Position numbers and translations under genes: made by a program. DNA of 64,000 bases from Bigelowiella natans CCMP2755 (Eukaryota > Protista > Cercozoa), in contig ADNK01000179.1 of NCBI GenBank assembly GCA_000320545.1, positions 1 to 64,000 on the forward strand. The letters run 5' to 3'. A model generated the notes under the pieces. It was not told the origin of the DNA. It did not search any database and saw only the letters and a list, made by a program, of their open reading frames with translations. Of the stretch, positions 25,601 to 40,600 are shown piece by piece; the first letter of the stretch is position 1, and the number at the start of each line of letters is the position of its first letter.

Positions 25601-28600
25601 TCAGCGAATACCTCCATACCGCTACTGCCTCCGAACCGGCAGCTCAGATCGTCGTGCTCCACGAAGTTGTCGCCCGTGATGTAAATCCACGTCGTGCCGC
25701 CGATGGCCGCGACCTTCGGATGCGTGTAGTATCCACGCTCCTTCAAGTAGTACTCGAACTGGATGCCGTTGTTGGTGTAGGTCTGGTTGTTGTTCGAGAT
25801 CTCGAGCGCTACCATGGCAGCAGGATGGTTCGGCGAGGTACAGTGAACCTCCGTTGGCGACACGTAGACTCCGGGCACCACAGCGTCATCAAACAAGCAG
25901 CTGAGCAGTGGGTGGTTAACGAAGCCGCTTCCAGTCACGGTGATCAAAGTGCTGCCTCCCGTAGAGGCGCGTATTGGATAAATGCTTGTGACATGGACCT
26001 CCGAATAGTAGGTGTACTGCTGCGGAGAAGACCGATTCTGGTAGTCGTTGCTAGAGACCGAGATTTCGACAGGGCCGACGGTTGCTGAGGCTGGGGCGAT
26101 GCACTCGATCCACGTGTTGTCGATGTAGCGGTGGACAGGCGTTTTCGTGTCACCGAACTTGCATTCCAAGCTAGGCACGTTGGTGAAGCCCGACCCGTAC
26201 AAAGCCACGATAGTCGAGCCCATCTGTGGGCCTAGAGGAGGGAGAATACTCGTGATGTACATCGGATCCTCGTAGAAGAACAGCTTTCCTTGATTAGTGT
26301 AGTCGAGAGTGTTCAGGGAGACCTCAACAACCTTGGCTCCTGGACCCGTGAGGGAAGGAGGTAGGATCACGTCTATGCGATGGCCATCAACGAACCTGGC
26401 AGGGGTAGGCTGCGAGCCGTTGAAGTTGACGAGCAGGTACGTCTGCGCCATGTAGTCCAAGAAGAATTCTCCGTGGATTTCCATGCGCGAGCCGCCCGAC
26501 ACAGGGCCGCGGTTGTACTTGATGTAATCGATGACGATGTTCCGAGAGAATCGGAAAGGAACTCTGTCAAAAGTGTAGTTGGAGCCGTCGATGGAGACCT
26601 CAAGGTTCACCTTGCTGACATTCTTCCTACTTGGGGCATTGCACGTCATCACTGTGCTGTTCCTCACCACAGATGGCACAATGATGTCGCCGAACTTGCA
26701 GTATGGGCGCCAGTTTGGCACAACCCCGGCAAAGTCTATGAAGCCCTCGCCGTACACCATAATCTCGGTGGTTGCTCCCGCAGGCACAGATTCTGGGAAG
26801 AATTTGTGGACGTGGGGCTCGTCGTAGTATGTGAGGTTAAGCTTGTGGTAGTCACGGTCATTCGCAGTGACGCCGATCTTTGTGAGCCCTGCTCCATGGG
26901 GAGGGATTCGACATAGGGCCGTCGTGTCGTTAATGAAAACCACCTCAACACGCTCGTGACTGCCAACGGAGCACCAGAAATCGGTTTGTCTTGGCCTGAA
27001 GTTGGCCCCAAATATCGTCACATGCATGTTACCCTTGGTGCTCACATATGTGGGGAACACCTTATACACGATGGGAGTTGGGTAGTAGAAGAACGACACG
27101 TTCCTGTCTGTCGTGATGTTGTTCTGGTAAAGAGACACCTCGACATTGTAGCTACCGACTGCCTGAGCCGGCGCTGTACAGAGCATGCAGGTGCGGTTGT
27201 ACACCGTCGCGGGGACTTCATAGCTACCGAACCAGCACGAGGCGTTGTTTCGGAACGGCACATCATCGTAATAGCGCATATTGGAGAAGTTGCCATCAAA
27301 TCCAGAGCCGACAATTGTCACGTGGACGCCGCCAACGGTCTCGCCATCCTTGGGGAATATATCTGTGATGTGGATGGGCTCGGTGAACGTGTATACCACG
27401 CCATCCTTTGTGAAGTCCTGATGATTAAAAGAGACTTCTACAGCGAACCGCGCCTTCTCGGGCTGGGGCACAGGGCTCTCGCAGGTTAGCTCATTCGGAG
27501 ACCAAACTGTGGCGTTGGTCTCTAGCCAATGTGGAGGCCTCCAGAGGTCATTCTCTGGCCACTCTTCAACATGATAGAAGCGGCAGTGGGCGCCTGAATT
27601 CACGAAATTGGCCCCGGTGACTGTCACGTTCGTGCCTCCCAACCACGTTCCCATCTTTGGATGGACGCCATACACCTCTGGATCGGTGTAGTATACGTAT
27701 TTCACAGCGCCCCCAGCAAGTCCATAGGTATCTAGGTAATTAGCGCTCACCTTCACGTCGTAGCTGCCCGCAGAGTGTTGAGGCGACTGACAAGTGATCG
27801 TAGTCTTCGTTCTGAACGTCGCATAGGCAATTTTGGACCCGAAGAGGCAGTGGAGAGAGGACGAATTGACGAAGTTGTCACCGTAGATGGTGACGGTTGT
27901 GTCGCCGTGAGCTGGTCCTGTCTTTGGGTACCAGTCCAGAACGAACATGTCGAGGTGATACATGTACTCTGCCGTCCCTGCAACGTAATCCTCGTCGTTG
28001 AAGGTTACGCTCACAGGTACGAAATCGGCGGCGTGGTTCTTGTATGCGATGAAGTAGGGCGTGCGGCAGATGATCTTGTAGTCTTCCACCCAGGTTGTTT
28101 GGGAGGCTATGTATGGCCCAAACTTACAGTGAAGCTTCGGTGTATTGACGAACCCAGAACCGGTGACTGTCACCATTGTATTTCCGGTCACAGATCCCAA
28201 ACGCGGATACACTGCGGTGACGTTGATACGCTTGTATTGCAGCTGAATCTGGTCGTGACTGTGGCGAATACCTTGCGTCCACACCTCGAGAACAACGGCA
28301 CCCTCCTTGCTCTTCGCAGGGCAGTCGCACGTGAGGCTTTGAGGCGTCAGATAAGTGGCAGTTGTATTTGTTTGCACTCCCTCCGAGTCGGTCCATTCGC
28401 ACATCAAACGGTCGTTGAAGAAGTAATCTCCTGTCACGGTAATGGTCCTTGACAGGTTGAGCGGCACCATGAAGGGTTGGACTGCGGTGACAGTCGGTCC
28501 ATCTGACACAAGGATTTGCACTCCCGCAGATGGGTTATTGTCATAGTCGTGCGCCGTCATGTCATCGTGCCACTCTGCGTCGATTACGTGCACTTCGTAC

Positions 28601-31600
28601 GAGCCCGGGCTCATGTGCTGTGGTAGGATACACCGCAGGGAGGTCTGATTGACCCGGGTCGCGTTCACAAACGTGAAGTTTCCAAAGCGACACAGGAGTT
28701 TCTGGTGCTCGTGGAACACGTTACCTTGAACGATCACCTCCATTCCACCGTCCCAATGCGCAACCACCTGTTGCGTTGTCTCTGCGTATGGCGACTTGGC
28801 ATTGACGAGGATGTTGCGGCTCACATAGGAGAAATCAAGCGATGAGCTGTACCGAAGTCCATCGTTGGAGATACGCACCTTGACTTCTCCCACGATGTGG
28901 CTCGGTGCTTGGCACTCCACGCACACCTGAGAGAGCCACCTAGCCGGAGTGGGCGTCATGATACCAAATTGGCACATGGTCTTTTGCCAGGGAAGGAAGT
29001 AGCCGGTCTTAGCGAACACGCGAACTGTAGTGTTCTGAAGCTCGAATCCCCAGCTAGGATCGAGATGAGAGAGCTTGACGTCTTCCTCACCGACGTATTC
29101 CGTGTACCGGAACACTGGGCCATCCTTCGTGAACTCATAGCCATTGTTTGTGGTCACGTCGATCGTGACTTTGTAGTTCGTGAAAGGTGAATCGGTGACG
29201 TTGGCGGTAATGTTGTCCTTCGGCGTCTCAAATGAAGGCGCAACGCACAGCAGGAGTGTGGGGCTCTTTACGATGGCGTGCACAAGCTTCGAGCCGAATC
29301 TACAGTGGGAAACCGTTGTCAACCTCTTGCCAGTGACTTGAACTATAGTACCACCACTTGGCGGGCCTGATGGTGGACTGATGGAGATAAGCACCGGTAC
29401 AGGCTCGAAGGTCAAGGTTAGGGAACCGATCACCATCAGACTGTCGATTTCGACGCCGATATTTACGACTTGGAAGGCAGAGTTTGGCATATTTCCATTC
29501 AGCGGCGGTGTGACACAGGTGATGTGCGTTGTGTTGACCACAGTCGCGTTGATGAACTTCGACCCGAACTTGCAGCGCGTTGGGTTGCCTGGTTTGAATA
29601 GGTTTCCGGTAATTGTGACCTCGCTTCTGCCAATCGCCCGCACACTAGTTGGGAAGATCCCGTTAATGGACGGTTTATTCTCTATAGTGAAGGGGAGAGG
29701 ACGAGAGAAATCGGCGTTGTTGTTTGTGAGACGTAGGAAGCTGCGCCCTGGGGTCTTGGATGGGACGACACACGTTGCGGTTGTATTGCCCGTAACCGTG
29801 GCTTGCACGGCAGTCCTTCCGAACCAGCATTTGAGATCTCCTGTTTCTGTGAAGGATGTGCCGGTGAGAGTCACGGTGACGCCCTGGAAACCGACAGCAG
29901 GAACAACGTAGGAGAGGGATGGTGTTGCAATGTGCATGATGCGCACTTGAGCACCGAGATAGTTCCCGTCCCGATCTGTGATCACAGCGTCGGTAAAATG
30001 CCCGTGGACATCTGTGTTTGCAGGCAGCTCGCATTCCGCAACGGTACTGCTGCGGACAATAGCTTGCGTGAACGTGCCATTGACCTTACATTGAGTTCCT
30101 CCGGGCATGCCGGTGAAACCCTGGCCAGTGATTGTGATCTTTGCGCCAGCTCGCGCCTCGATGAGATGTGGAGACACAGTGGCGACCGAAGGCAGAGTGT
30201 AGTAGCTGAGGCTGACGGTATGGTTCGTAATCCTCTTGTCGCCATCCACCAGCATCACTGAGATGGTTGCCGCTGAGGCCATCCAGGGTGCCTCGCAGCT
30301 CACTGTGCTCTGATCGATGACAGTGGCCGGAAAGTATGAGAACTTGCCGGATCCGATGGCCCATTTGCAATGTAGCAGTGGGGTGCTGCGCAGGGCTCCC
30401 CCACGGAGCGTGACTCTCTGCGAGCGCTTAATTGGTATAGTACTTGGGCTGATCGCGTTCAAAGTAGCGAATGGGAGGAACTCGAACAGCAGACCTTCGT
30501 CTCCGTAGTTCACCAAGTCGCCCGTGACCCTGAGCAGCTTTGCCTTTGGGATGTAGCTTGCAGGAATGTCGCAGGATACACGGGTGGAGTTGATGTAGTT
30601 CGCGGGGACTATTGACTCCTTGCCAAAAGAGCACTTGAGCACGTCACTGTTGAGGAAATTCGTTCCAATTACCTCTACATGCACGGTGGTGGCGGCGGCT
30701 TCAGCTGCATCGTAAGTCATGTAAGCAAAGTTCGGGATGATTTTCGTGATTTTTGGGTTGGCCACGTAGCCATACCTCAGCGGGTAGGCTGTTGCGATGC
30801 GTCCGTTCCAAAGCAAATCGACCTGTGAGGTCACCAATTGAGCTGTGCTACTCGTAGCGTTGACTCTAGGTGCTCGGCAGAGGAGCGCGGTTGAGTTGAA
30901 ATAGTGCATGGGGTCATAGATTTGCTGCGAGCCGCCGTCGACGCTCCACGCGCACTTGAGATCCCTGGTGAAGTGAGACCCAGTGACTGTCACGACATTG
31001 TTGCCATCCATGCTTCCGTACGCTGGTTCTAGCGCGGAGATCACAATGAGAGGGTGGTAGACAAATGACAAGCTGTTCGCAAATGTCGACGACCACAAGC
31101 GCCCGTTGTTGCTCACACGGACCTTACGGACAGTTGTAGCAACATTGTTAAAGCTGGAGGGAGCGCGGCAACGAAGCTTGTTCTCGGATATGTAAGTGGC
31201 TCGGACTCTGATCACAGGGGACGAATCAAATTCGCACATCAAAGCCTCGGAGTTCTCGAACATAGACCCTTCGATCGTCAGGAGCTCGCCGCCGTAGCTG
31301 TTAATACGTTGCGGAGAGATTGAAGCGACATACGGCAGCTTTTCGATGATGCGCAGAGATGCATCACCACGGACGTAGTCCACGCCGTTGAGAGTGGCGA
31401 AAATCTGTACGGAGCCTGGCTTGGTCGCGGTGTAGTTGCACCGGATCTGAGTAGGAGATAACCATTCAGCTACAACGTGTTCGCTCTGGTAGCCGAATCT
31501 GCATCCCAAATGAGAAATCTCGTAGAAATGGTCCCCCATAACAGTGATTTGGGATGGCACTCCGACAGGTACTTCGGTCGGTAATATGCTATCGATACTG

Positions 31601-34600
31601 AACGGCTGGATGTAGTGGAAGGCAGCGCTTGAGCGGTTGTGATGACGGTGTTGATAGTTTATGCTGTCGGTCACGATCGTCACGTCGATCTCGCCTACCC
31701 TCTTTTCCGGCGCCGCAGGGACTACGCATAAGATTGTCTGTGCTGATTTGTATATAGCAGTTACGCGCGTTGTGCCATTGAAGATACACTCAGTCTTATG
31801 CTGCAGGAAGCCAGTGCCTTCCACAGTGATGGTCGTGCCACCCTCCCTCGAGCCGTAGTTTGGGAAGATGCGTGTGATATTCGGCTCCAGGACGTAGTTG
31901 AGCTGGAAGTTGACGTAGTCGACGTTGCTGTGCCAAGGACTCAAGATGCGAATGCCGAACGGCACGTTGGAAACGAGGTCGCGCTCATAAGGCGCCTGAC
32001 AAACCACAGTAGTGTCGCTGACGGCCACAGGGTTGTACGTCCGATTCCGTGTTGCGCATGCGACTGGGTCTCGGCCAAAACCGCTGCCGGTGATGGTGAT
32101 GTAATGATTCGATCCGCGGTTGTACAGCACTGTCGGCTCCACCTTCTGGATGTGGATCCTGTAGCCATGGTAGCCGAAGAGCAGCGGCGCGGAGAAGTCG
32201 ATACCGTTGTTCGTAGCCTGAACCACGACGGTGCCGGGCACGTGTGGAGGCGTTTTAATGAGCAACTCCGTATCGGATAGCCGGACGTAGCTCACGAACT
32301 GAGAACCCCATTTGAGTTTGAACGTGGGCAGGCGCATGAACACTCCAGCTGATGCCGTAAGGACGACCGAGTCATTGCCATCCTCGGAGCCAAACGCTGG
32401 CTCAAGCGCCTTGAGCACCAGGTCTTCCTGATAGTGGAATTGGATTTGCGTGTCCGACCATTCCTTTCCTCCATCGATGGATACTTCCACGGAGACCGAG
32501 GTTCCGGTCAGGACCCGACTCTTCTGGTGGCGAGCAGGGTACTTCGCTCCCCCCGCTGTCGAGAACGGCGGCGCGACGCACTGGAGGGATGTGGAGTTGA
32601 AGTAGTACGCTGCACGGACCACGACCGATCCGAAGCGGCAGAGAGCACCACGGCGGAAGTTGCTTCCCTCAACGCGAACAATAGAGCCTCCCAGCGGTGA
32701 GCCCCATGCTGGGTACAGCTTGGAGACAAAAGTGCGGGGAGTGTATGTAAAGTTGGCGTAGGATTCGGTCTCGACACCATCGAATGTGGCTCGCACTTGT
32801 ACCGGACTGTCCGTTGAAGGCGAAGAATAGAATGGCGACATGACAACGAGCGTCTTCTCATCGACGTACTGCGGTGTAACGCGCTTCCCGTTGAAGAACA
32901 CGAACGATGATTCGAAGTCTGTGCGGGAAGTTGTCGCCGTAAATGGTCAATTTCGCGCCCCCTTCCCCGCGACCAGTGATCGGTGTGACCGTGGAAATGA
33001 TCGGACGGGCAATGTATTCAAACGTTGCATTTGCTCTGGAGAATACGCGGCCATCGTTGGTGACGGACACTCGAACCGATTGGCCTGGGTTACGCGTTGG
33101 CGCACTGCAAATAGCCGAGTCCGTTCCGAGCCATGAAGCGGCCACCAACTCGCTGCCAAACCGGCACTGCATGGCCCTTTCGAATCCGGAGCCATATATC
33201 GTTACAGCGGTCGTGCTGACCATCGCTCGCATCGGACGGATGCTGTGAATAATTGGGTCACTGTGATACGTAAATGCTGCAGCGCCACCATCATAGATTC
33301 CGAAATAGTTGACAATTCGTACGTCAACGACGCCTGCAGTGTGAGATGGCATGGGACATACTACTTCCGTTGGATTATTGAAAACCGTATTGTTCAGCAG
33401 CACACCGTCGACAACGCAGAACGCATCTCCATTTGCGAAGTTGCTACCACGGGCCTTGACGAGGGCCCCACCATTGACGGAGTCGTGAGCAAGCGAGAGG
33501 GAGCGTAAGACCGGTGGATTATATAAGGTCACCGTTAAGTTGTTCTGGAACCAGAAATCATCGGATATGAGATGTATGTTGTAGGCTCCAGCGGTGTCAA
33601 AGGCTGGAAGGGCACAATTCAGCTCCTCATCAGAGACAACGCTGCAAGCGACGTAGCGTGTTTGTCCTGGAGGTGCACTTTGAGCTGCATATCCAACACG
33701 CCAAGCGTAGATGCTCTGTGGAATGCTGAAGCCGGTCCCGAACACACTGACGTTGTGCTTCCTCGATGTCGGCAACACAGCGCTGTTGACGAAGTCGAAA
33801 ACAATTTCTGTGCTGTACAAAAAGCTCACCGTTTCTCTGGAGTAGTAGATCCTGTCGTTTGTGACCGACACTTCAATCCTCCCCAGTCCTCTATTGGCTG
33901 GTGGACGGCACGTCAGGGTCCTGTTGTTGAGATATCTTGCTGACACAACTTTATCACCAAATCTAACCGCAATATTGGGAAGGTCGAGGAACCCAGAGCC
34001 GGTGATTGTGACATCGTAGCTGCTGTTGCCAGCGAACTGCACGCCTGGTGTGACCGCGGAAATCGTAGGCGCGACAACGTACCAGAACTGCTGTTTGACC
34101 CCTGCAAATTTCTCTCTCGTGTCAATGATGTGGAAGTTCAAGATCAGAGACGACTTAACGAAGTTCGAGGCCGGAGGCGTGACACAAACGAGCATTGTCG
34201 TATTGATGAATATCGCCTGAATCTTGTGGCTTCCGAAAACGCATCGGTCCCCAGCTCGGAAATGGTCACCAATGACCGTGATACGCGAGCCTCCACGGGC
34301 GTCAGCTTCCCTTGGGTACAAGGTGTCGAGCCGTGGCGAGTTGTAGAACGTTGCTGAAATGAGGTTTTTACTGAATACTTGCCCGAGGTCTGTGAGTGAC
34401 AGTGCAAGAGGTCCAGTTGCTCCCTTGAATGGGCTGCTGCACACCAGCTTGTTCTCGCTGTGGACAATGGCTTTGTACCGCAGGTTTCGTGCACCTCCCC
34501 ATTGGCACCAGAGAGGTGCTGCCGTCTCGAGGAACCCGGAACCACGAACAGTAACGTTTTCTTGAGTCCACAAAGGAATTCGATCTGGCTGGACATCATG

Positions 34601-37600
34601 GAGAACAGGGCGCTCGATGTAGGAGAAGGTAGCTGGAGCGGCTGGCCTGGTGTGGGAGGTGGTAGAGACCCACAGGTTCAGGCTGTGCGGCTCCACCCAT
34701 GCGGGAACGTCACAGAGAACGACCTCGGAACTCACCCATGTTGTGTTCAGTGCCATTGGGAAGTCCTTTTCGGATCCCAGCCAGCACCGCAGCTGTGGAG
34801 TGCGGTCGAAGCCTGAACCGGTGACGGTGACCAAAGTCGAAGGACGCGTGAAGTACGTGGTAGATGGATAAATGTGCACCAACTTGATGTTTGGCCTGTA
34901 AGTGAAGGGAAGATTGGCCCCCAACATCTCGTTGTCCTTGTTTACAATGGAGACTACAGCGTATCCACTGTCCACCCCACGCTTTCGGTGAGGCCCAGAG
35001 CCGAAGGATGGGGGTACCACGCAAATGATACGAGTGCTGCTTCGGAACTCCAAAGGCGCGTGCAGTTCCTGGTTGAAACGGCAAAACGCGTCGCCTTTCG
35101 TGAAGTTGGAACCTGTCACTTCGATGTGTGTGCCTCCCATGGCTGGACCATAGTCAGGTGAGATAGTCGCCGTGTAAGGCCTATCATATACGGTCAACGA
35201 GGCAGCAAGCGCGTGGAAATCCGAAAAAATGCCGATGCCTACTTGGACGGAACCTGATGATAGGGTTGGCGACTTGCACTGGATTTCCGCGTGCGACACG
35301 AACGTAGCCTTGGTCTTAGTGTGCCCGTCAAAATCACAGTAAATCTTGTCCGCCTCCACGAACCCAGATCCGAAGACCGTGATTGCACGAGATCCATTCT
35401 GACTTGGGATACGCACCGGTTCCACCTTGTGCACACGAGGTAGGTTGAAGTACCGGAACTGCTTTGCGCTGGCAGAGTAGTCGCGCATGTTAAAGGACAC
35501 ATCAACGCTCACGTCAATGTCCTCTGCCGACCAATCCATAGTCGGAGCATTGCAAAGCAACTGGTTCTTTTGGAAGTAAGTTGCGTTTGTGACACCGCCA
35601 CGATGGCCGAAGCGACAGGTGGCAGGAATTGGCCAAGGGAAATTTGCACCTGTGATCGTAATCCTTGTGTTGCCGAATCTTGATCCAACCTTTGGATAAA
35701 TGTCTTGAACCTCTGGAGTAGTGTAGTACATGAAAACTTCGTGGGTTCCAACTGGATTTTCCACATGCTCGCAGTCGTTGGATATCTTTACCTCCGTCCT
35801 ACGAGCCCAGAATTGAGGCGAACGGCAGAGCAACTTTGAGCTAGAGATGTAAGAACAATTGACGGCGTTCCTGCCGAAGTGCACGCAGGAGGTCTTCATG
35901 AAATTTTCACCCGACACAGTGACCAAAGTGGATCCAGCGGTAGGCCCGTACCTCGGCTGAATTTCGAGGATTCTTGGGATTTTTGTGAAATCCACGGACA
36001 CAGGGTCAGACGTGTAGTCCCAAAAGTTATTCGTCACTTCGATCTTTCGCAAACCGGGCTCTGACATTGGCGGGGCCGGGCACAGAATGGTTTCTGAATC
36101 AATGAAAACGGCTGGAAAGGTCCTCCTTGGAGCAGAGTACTTCTCTGAGGTGAACCTGCATCGCAGCGTCGAGACGTTGGCGAAGTTGTAGCCTTTCAAA
36201 GTCACGTTCCGTCCCCCTTGCACGGTCATGTGTCCAGGAACAGCGCTGTAGATGACTGGGTCGGGGTAGTACGAGAAGTACGTCCGAGAGCTGGTAAATT
36301 CAGCACCGTTGCTAGTCACCTGCAGACGGACCTGTGATGGGTGTTTCATCCACTGCGGTGTGTGACAGTAGATGAGGCTGGAAGTGATGAAGGTGGCCAT
36401 GGTTATCTTCTCCATGCCCCACCGGCACCGAAGATCATCAGTTCTCGTAAACTCAAACCCTTTCACAATCACTTTGGTGCCTCCCGATATGGGCCCGGTG
36501 AGTGGCGCAGCCGAGGTCAGTTGGGGTGGTGAGAGGTACTGGTACTGCAACTCCATCGTGCTGAACTCTCTTCCGTTGTTGCTCACCGCTACGGATACCG
36601 TGATAGGGGCATCTTGAGGTGGGGCTTTACAGTAAATTACCTCATCATTGACGAACGTGGGGATGACTGTCTTGGTACCGAATCGGCATTGGGCCGGGTC
36701 AGCATCGGTGCCCTTGGTAAAGTTGGAGCCGTAAACTGTGACAATCGTATCCCCGTGAACGGTGCCTCTGGGCGGGAACAAATCGCGGAGGAAAATGGCC
36801 CCCTGGTACGTGAACGTCAGGGTCGCGCCCTCGATCTTACTCTCGTGGTGATAAATCTCTAGCTCCACATTCGTGTAGAAATATTGCTCTGGGGTGAGGC
36901 ACCTGAGGTGCGTATCGTTTACTTTCACTGCCGAGTATGACCTCGCCATCCAAGTCGCCTCCCGCATGAGCGGGCCGAAACGGCACGAGAACATCTTCGG
37001 GTCCAGACCCTCCATGTCGTTCACACGAATGAACACCGGGGTGCGCCCATGTTGGGGGCCGAGTCGAGGGTTCATGCTCACGATCTGTGGGCGGTTGACG
37101 ATTTCAAGGGGAGCGGTAGTCTCAGAGAACTCATAAGCGTTGTTGGACACACGCACTTCGACAGAAGTGAATGGCCGAAGCGGTGGGACACGACACAATA
37201 CTTGCGTGCTTTGTTTCCACACAGCTGGTGTAGGCTGCGAATTCCCCACTCTGCATCGAAGGGAGGGCAGATTGACGAAGTTGTCTCCAACTACTGTCAC
37301 CACCTGCTGCTTCTCCGACGGAGCCATCACCATTGGGAATATATTCGTCACGGTCGGTCGCACTACGTACGTAAACTTTGTTCCGAACTTCGTGAACTCT
37401 CTCCCGTTAGAAAACTCCACCTCGATCGGATGCATAAGATCGGTCGAGTTGCTGGGAGGCGTCACGCAGATTATCTGTCCGCTATTGATGTACTCGCTCG
37501 GCTGGAATGCCTGGTTCCCAAACCGACACTGAACGTACCCGAACACAAAGTTCTTGCCTCTGACGCGCACTTGAGTGCCTCCCTCCATCGGCCCGGTGTT

Positions 37601-40600
37601 GGGCGAGATCTCGAAGACTCGTATAAAGTTGTAGAAAAGGTGATCTGACTCGTATTGCGTGTAGTTGCGCCTATCGGGGAGAGGCGTCATCACGTTCAGG
37701 ACAACGTTAGGGTTGCCAGTGAAGTTGATACGATTAAGTGTCACTTCCACCACGTAGGTAGCGGGTGGGATCTGCGTGTATTCGCACTCGATGTGCGTCC
37801 TATTGACGTACTCAGCTGGAATGACCAAGTGACCGAGCCGGCAGGAAAGCATGGGGTGCTTGACAAAGCCATCACCGACAATGGTGAGTACGACGCCTCC
37901 CCAGGTAGGCCCTACAACTGGGTCTGACTTGTTGATCCTCATATCGACGATGTATGGGAGCCTGAAGCCGCAGTCGAAGTAGTCGATGCCGTTGGTGGAT
38001 ATACGCACCACATAGTTCCCGATCGGCCGAGCGGGGGCAGTGAACCAGATCTCCTGGTTCGACACCCAGACGGCTTTCACGATGGTATCGTCCACCATCA
38101 CCGTGAGCGATGAAACCACGCTCGGGAGGCGGAAATATTTGCCGAACAGGGTTACGTTGATGTTTCCGCTGTTGATGACTTCGACAGGGAAGGAGCTCTC
38201 AATGATAGGCGCCTCCTCCCATACGAAAGCAAGGTTCAGGCGTGTGTAGTCCTGGCCATTCGTGGAGATCTCCACGGTCTCTCGTCCCGCCTCAGTTCGG
38301 TTCGGCAGAGGACAGCGGATTTTGGATGGGCTGTAGTAGGTCCCAGGGAATACTACACCTGACTGCCACTTGCACCATAGCGAGTCATTGCGAAACTTCT
38401 GTCCGTAGATGAAGACGTTCGGGAAGCCTTCGGAGAACAGGGATACGGACTGAGAACCCGCGACGGGGTTCCAATACCGCCATTTTGGATATACTCGCAT
38501 AGGCTCCGACTCTATGTACACGTAAGGGACGGTGGACAAGCTGTAAGCAGCAGGCACTCCATTCGTGGAGAAACCCATATTCTGCATATCTTCCGTTTCT
38601 TGCGATGCAGAGGGACAGATTACCATCGTCGAGTTGATAACTTGTGCGAGCGTGAGGCGTTGGCCAAAAATACAGTACGATTTTCCGGTCGATGTGTCTA
38701 AGTTCCTTCCCCAGATCCTGACCTCTGTGCCGCCGCGCATGGGGCCATGGATCGGATAAATCTTCTCGACAACAGACTTTGGTACGTTGCGATAGTACAC
38801 GCCGCCGCTGAAGAAATTCCGGTCGTTGGTGGACACCTGGACCAACAGTCTTGCTGGGACGGACATATTGAGCAGCTTGGGGCACACGATGTACTCGGAG
38901 TTCATGTACCGAGCAGGGACGGAATCGTAGTCGCCGAATTTGCACGTCAGGCCGGTGTAGTTCCTGAAGCCAGTTCCCCACACGTGGACCTCGGCCGCAG
39001 TGTTGATTGGCATATGCTCTGGCTGGATCTTGCGCACCGTGACGTTGTTCGTGTAGACGTACTGTAGCTGGTCGTTGGTCCAGTCGAATCCATGGTTACA
39101 CGAGACCTCAAGGGTCATCTCCCCCTCAATCGGCCAAGGCGGCGTCTTACACGTTACCTCCCTATCTGACACCAAGGAAGCGTTGAATTCGAACTGATGG
39201 TAATCAGCGCCCGTGAGCACAGTATACGTGCCGTTCGTCTCCAGCCGTGTGTTTTCCGTGAGGCGGCAGATTATGCGATCGGCGTAGAAAAACTCACCGA
39301 ATACACGCAGGTCGGTTTGGCCCATCACAGGCCCGTTCCAAGGCCAAACGCCATGGATGCGCATGCGGTTCATGTAGGTGAAGTTGACTCTGCTCGTGGA
39401 CCAGTCGTAGCCGTTGGTCGAAATTTCGACCGTGTATGTTCCCGCGGTTTGGGCAGGAGTGTGGCAGTAGAGCTGCGTGGAGTTCATATATGTGGCGTTG
39501 ACCTCCAGGTTGCCGAACTTACAGCGAAGCAGCGGGTCGTGCGTGAAGTGATTCCCGTAGACGAACACCTTGGTACCGCCCTCCACTGTACCTCTAGTGA
39601 CAAAGACCTTGGTGACGTTCACTTCATAGCGATACTGGTAGAGCTGGTAGGTCTTGGAGTAGTCATGCCAGTTATTCGTCACGTGGACTTTCACGGATCT
39701 GAGGGGAACATCACTGGGGGTCATGCAGTAGAGGATCTCCGAACTCACGAACGTGGCTTTGACGATGTGGTCCGTGTCGCCGAAGAGGCAGTGCAGGTCT
39801 GACGAATTCCTGAAGTTGGTGCCCATCACGGTCAGCTTCGTGCCGCCGAAGTAGGGACCGAACGTCGGGCGAATTTCGTCCACAGTGTGGTTCGTCTCGT
39901 AAACGTATTGGATGTCCTTTAGAGTATAGTCGAGCTGGTTGGTTGAGATGTAGATCTCTGACACATGCTCGCGGTGCACCTCCGGAGTCCAGCAGGTGAG
40001 CTTCTTCTCGGAACGGTACATGGCGGGAACGATCGTGGTGATGTTCTCGAAGCGATTGACAAACTTACACCAAGTGCTGTCGCTCCTGAACGCCTCGCCG
40101 GTGATGTTGACCTGCGTGTTGCCCCAGTTCGGGCCTTTCATTGGGTTGATGCTCTCAACCTCCCAGTCGTGGTAGTAGTAGGTGATGCCGTCGGAGGTCC
40201 AGTCCAAAAAGTTCGGCGAGACTTCGACGGTCACGTTCTCGTCTTTGTCCCACGGTGGCGTGATGCAGGTGATCTGAGAAGAGTTGTAGTTGCCCCCCGA
40301 GATTGGGTACATGATGCCCTCGACCACCCGTTTGCCGCCGAAGCGACAGTACAGTTTGGTGGAGGTGTTGAAGGTTGTGCCCGTTAGTGTGAGCAGTGTG
40401 TTTCCTCGGAGCGGTCCGTGCAGAGGCCAGAGATGCGTGACATGCGGAATTGCTAGGAACTCAAAGTTGGTGCTAAAGGTGGTGTAGTCCTGTACGTTAT
40501 TTGTGATTTCCAGAGAGACATTCTCCGGGATCGTCTGCCCGTCGTTCGCGATGCACTTCAGCCTCTCGTTGTCGATCCAGGTTGCTTTCTGCGGCGCGTT

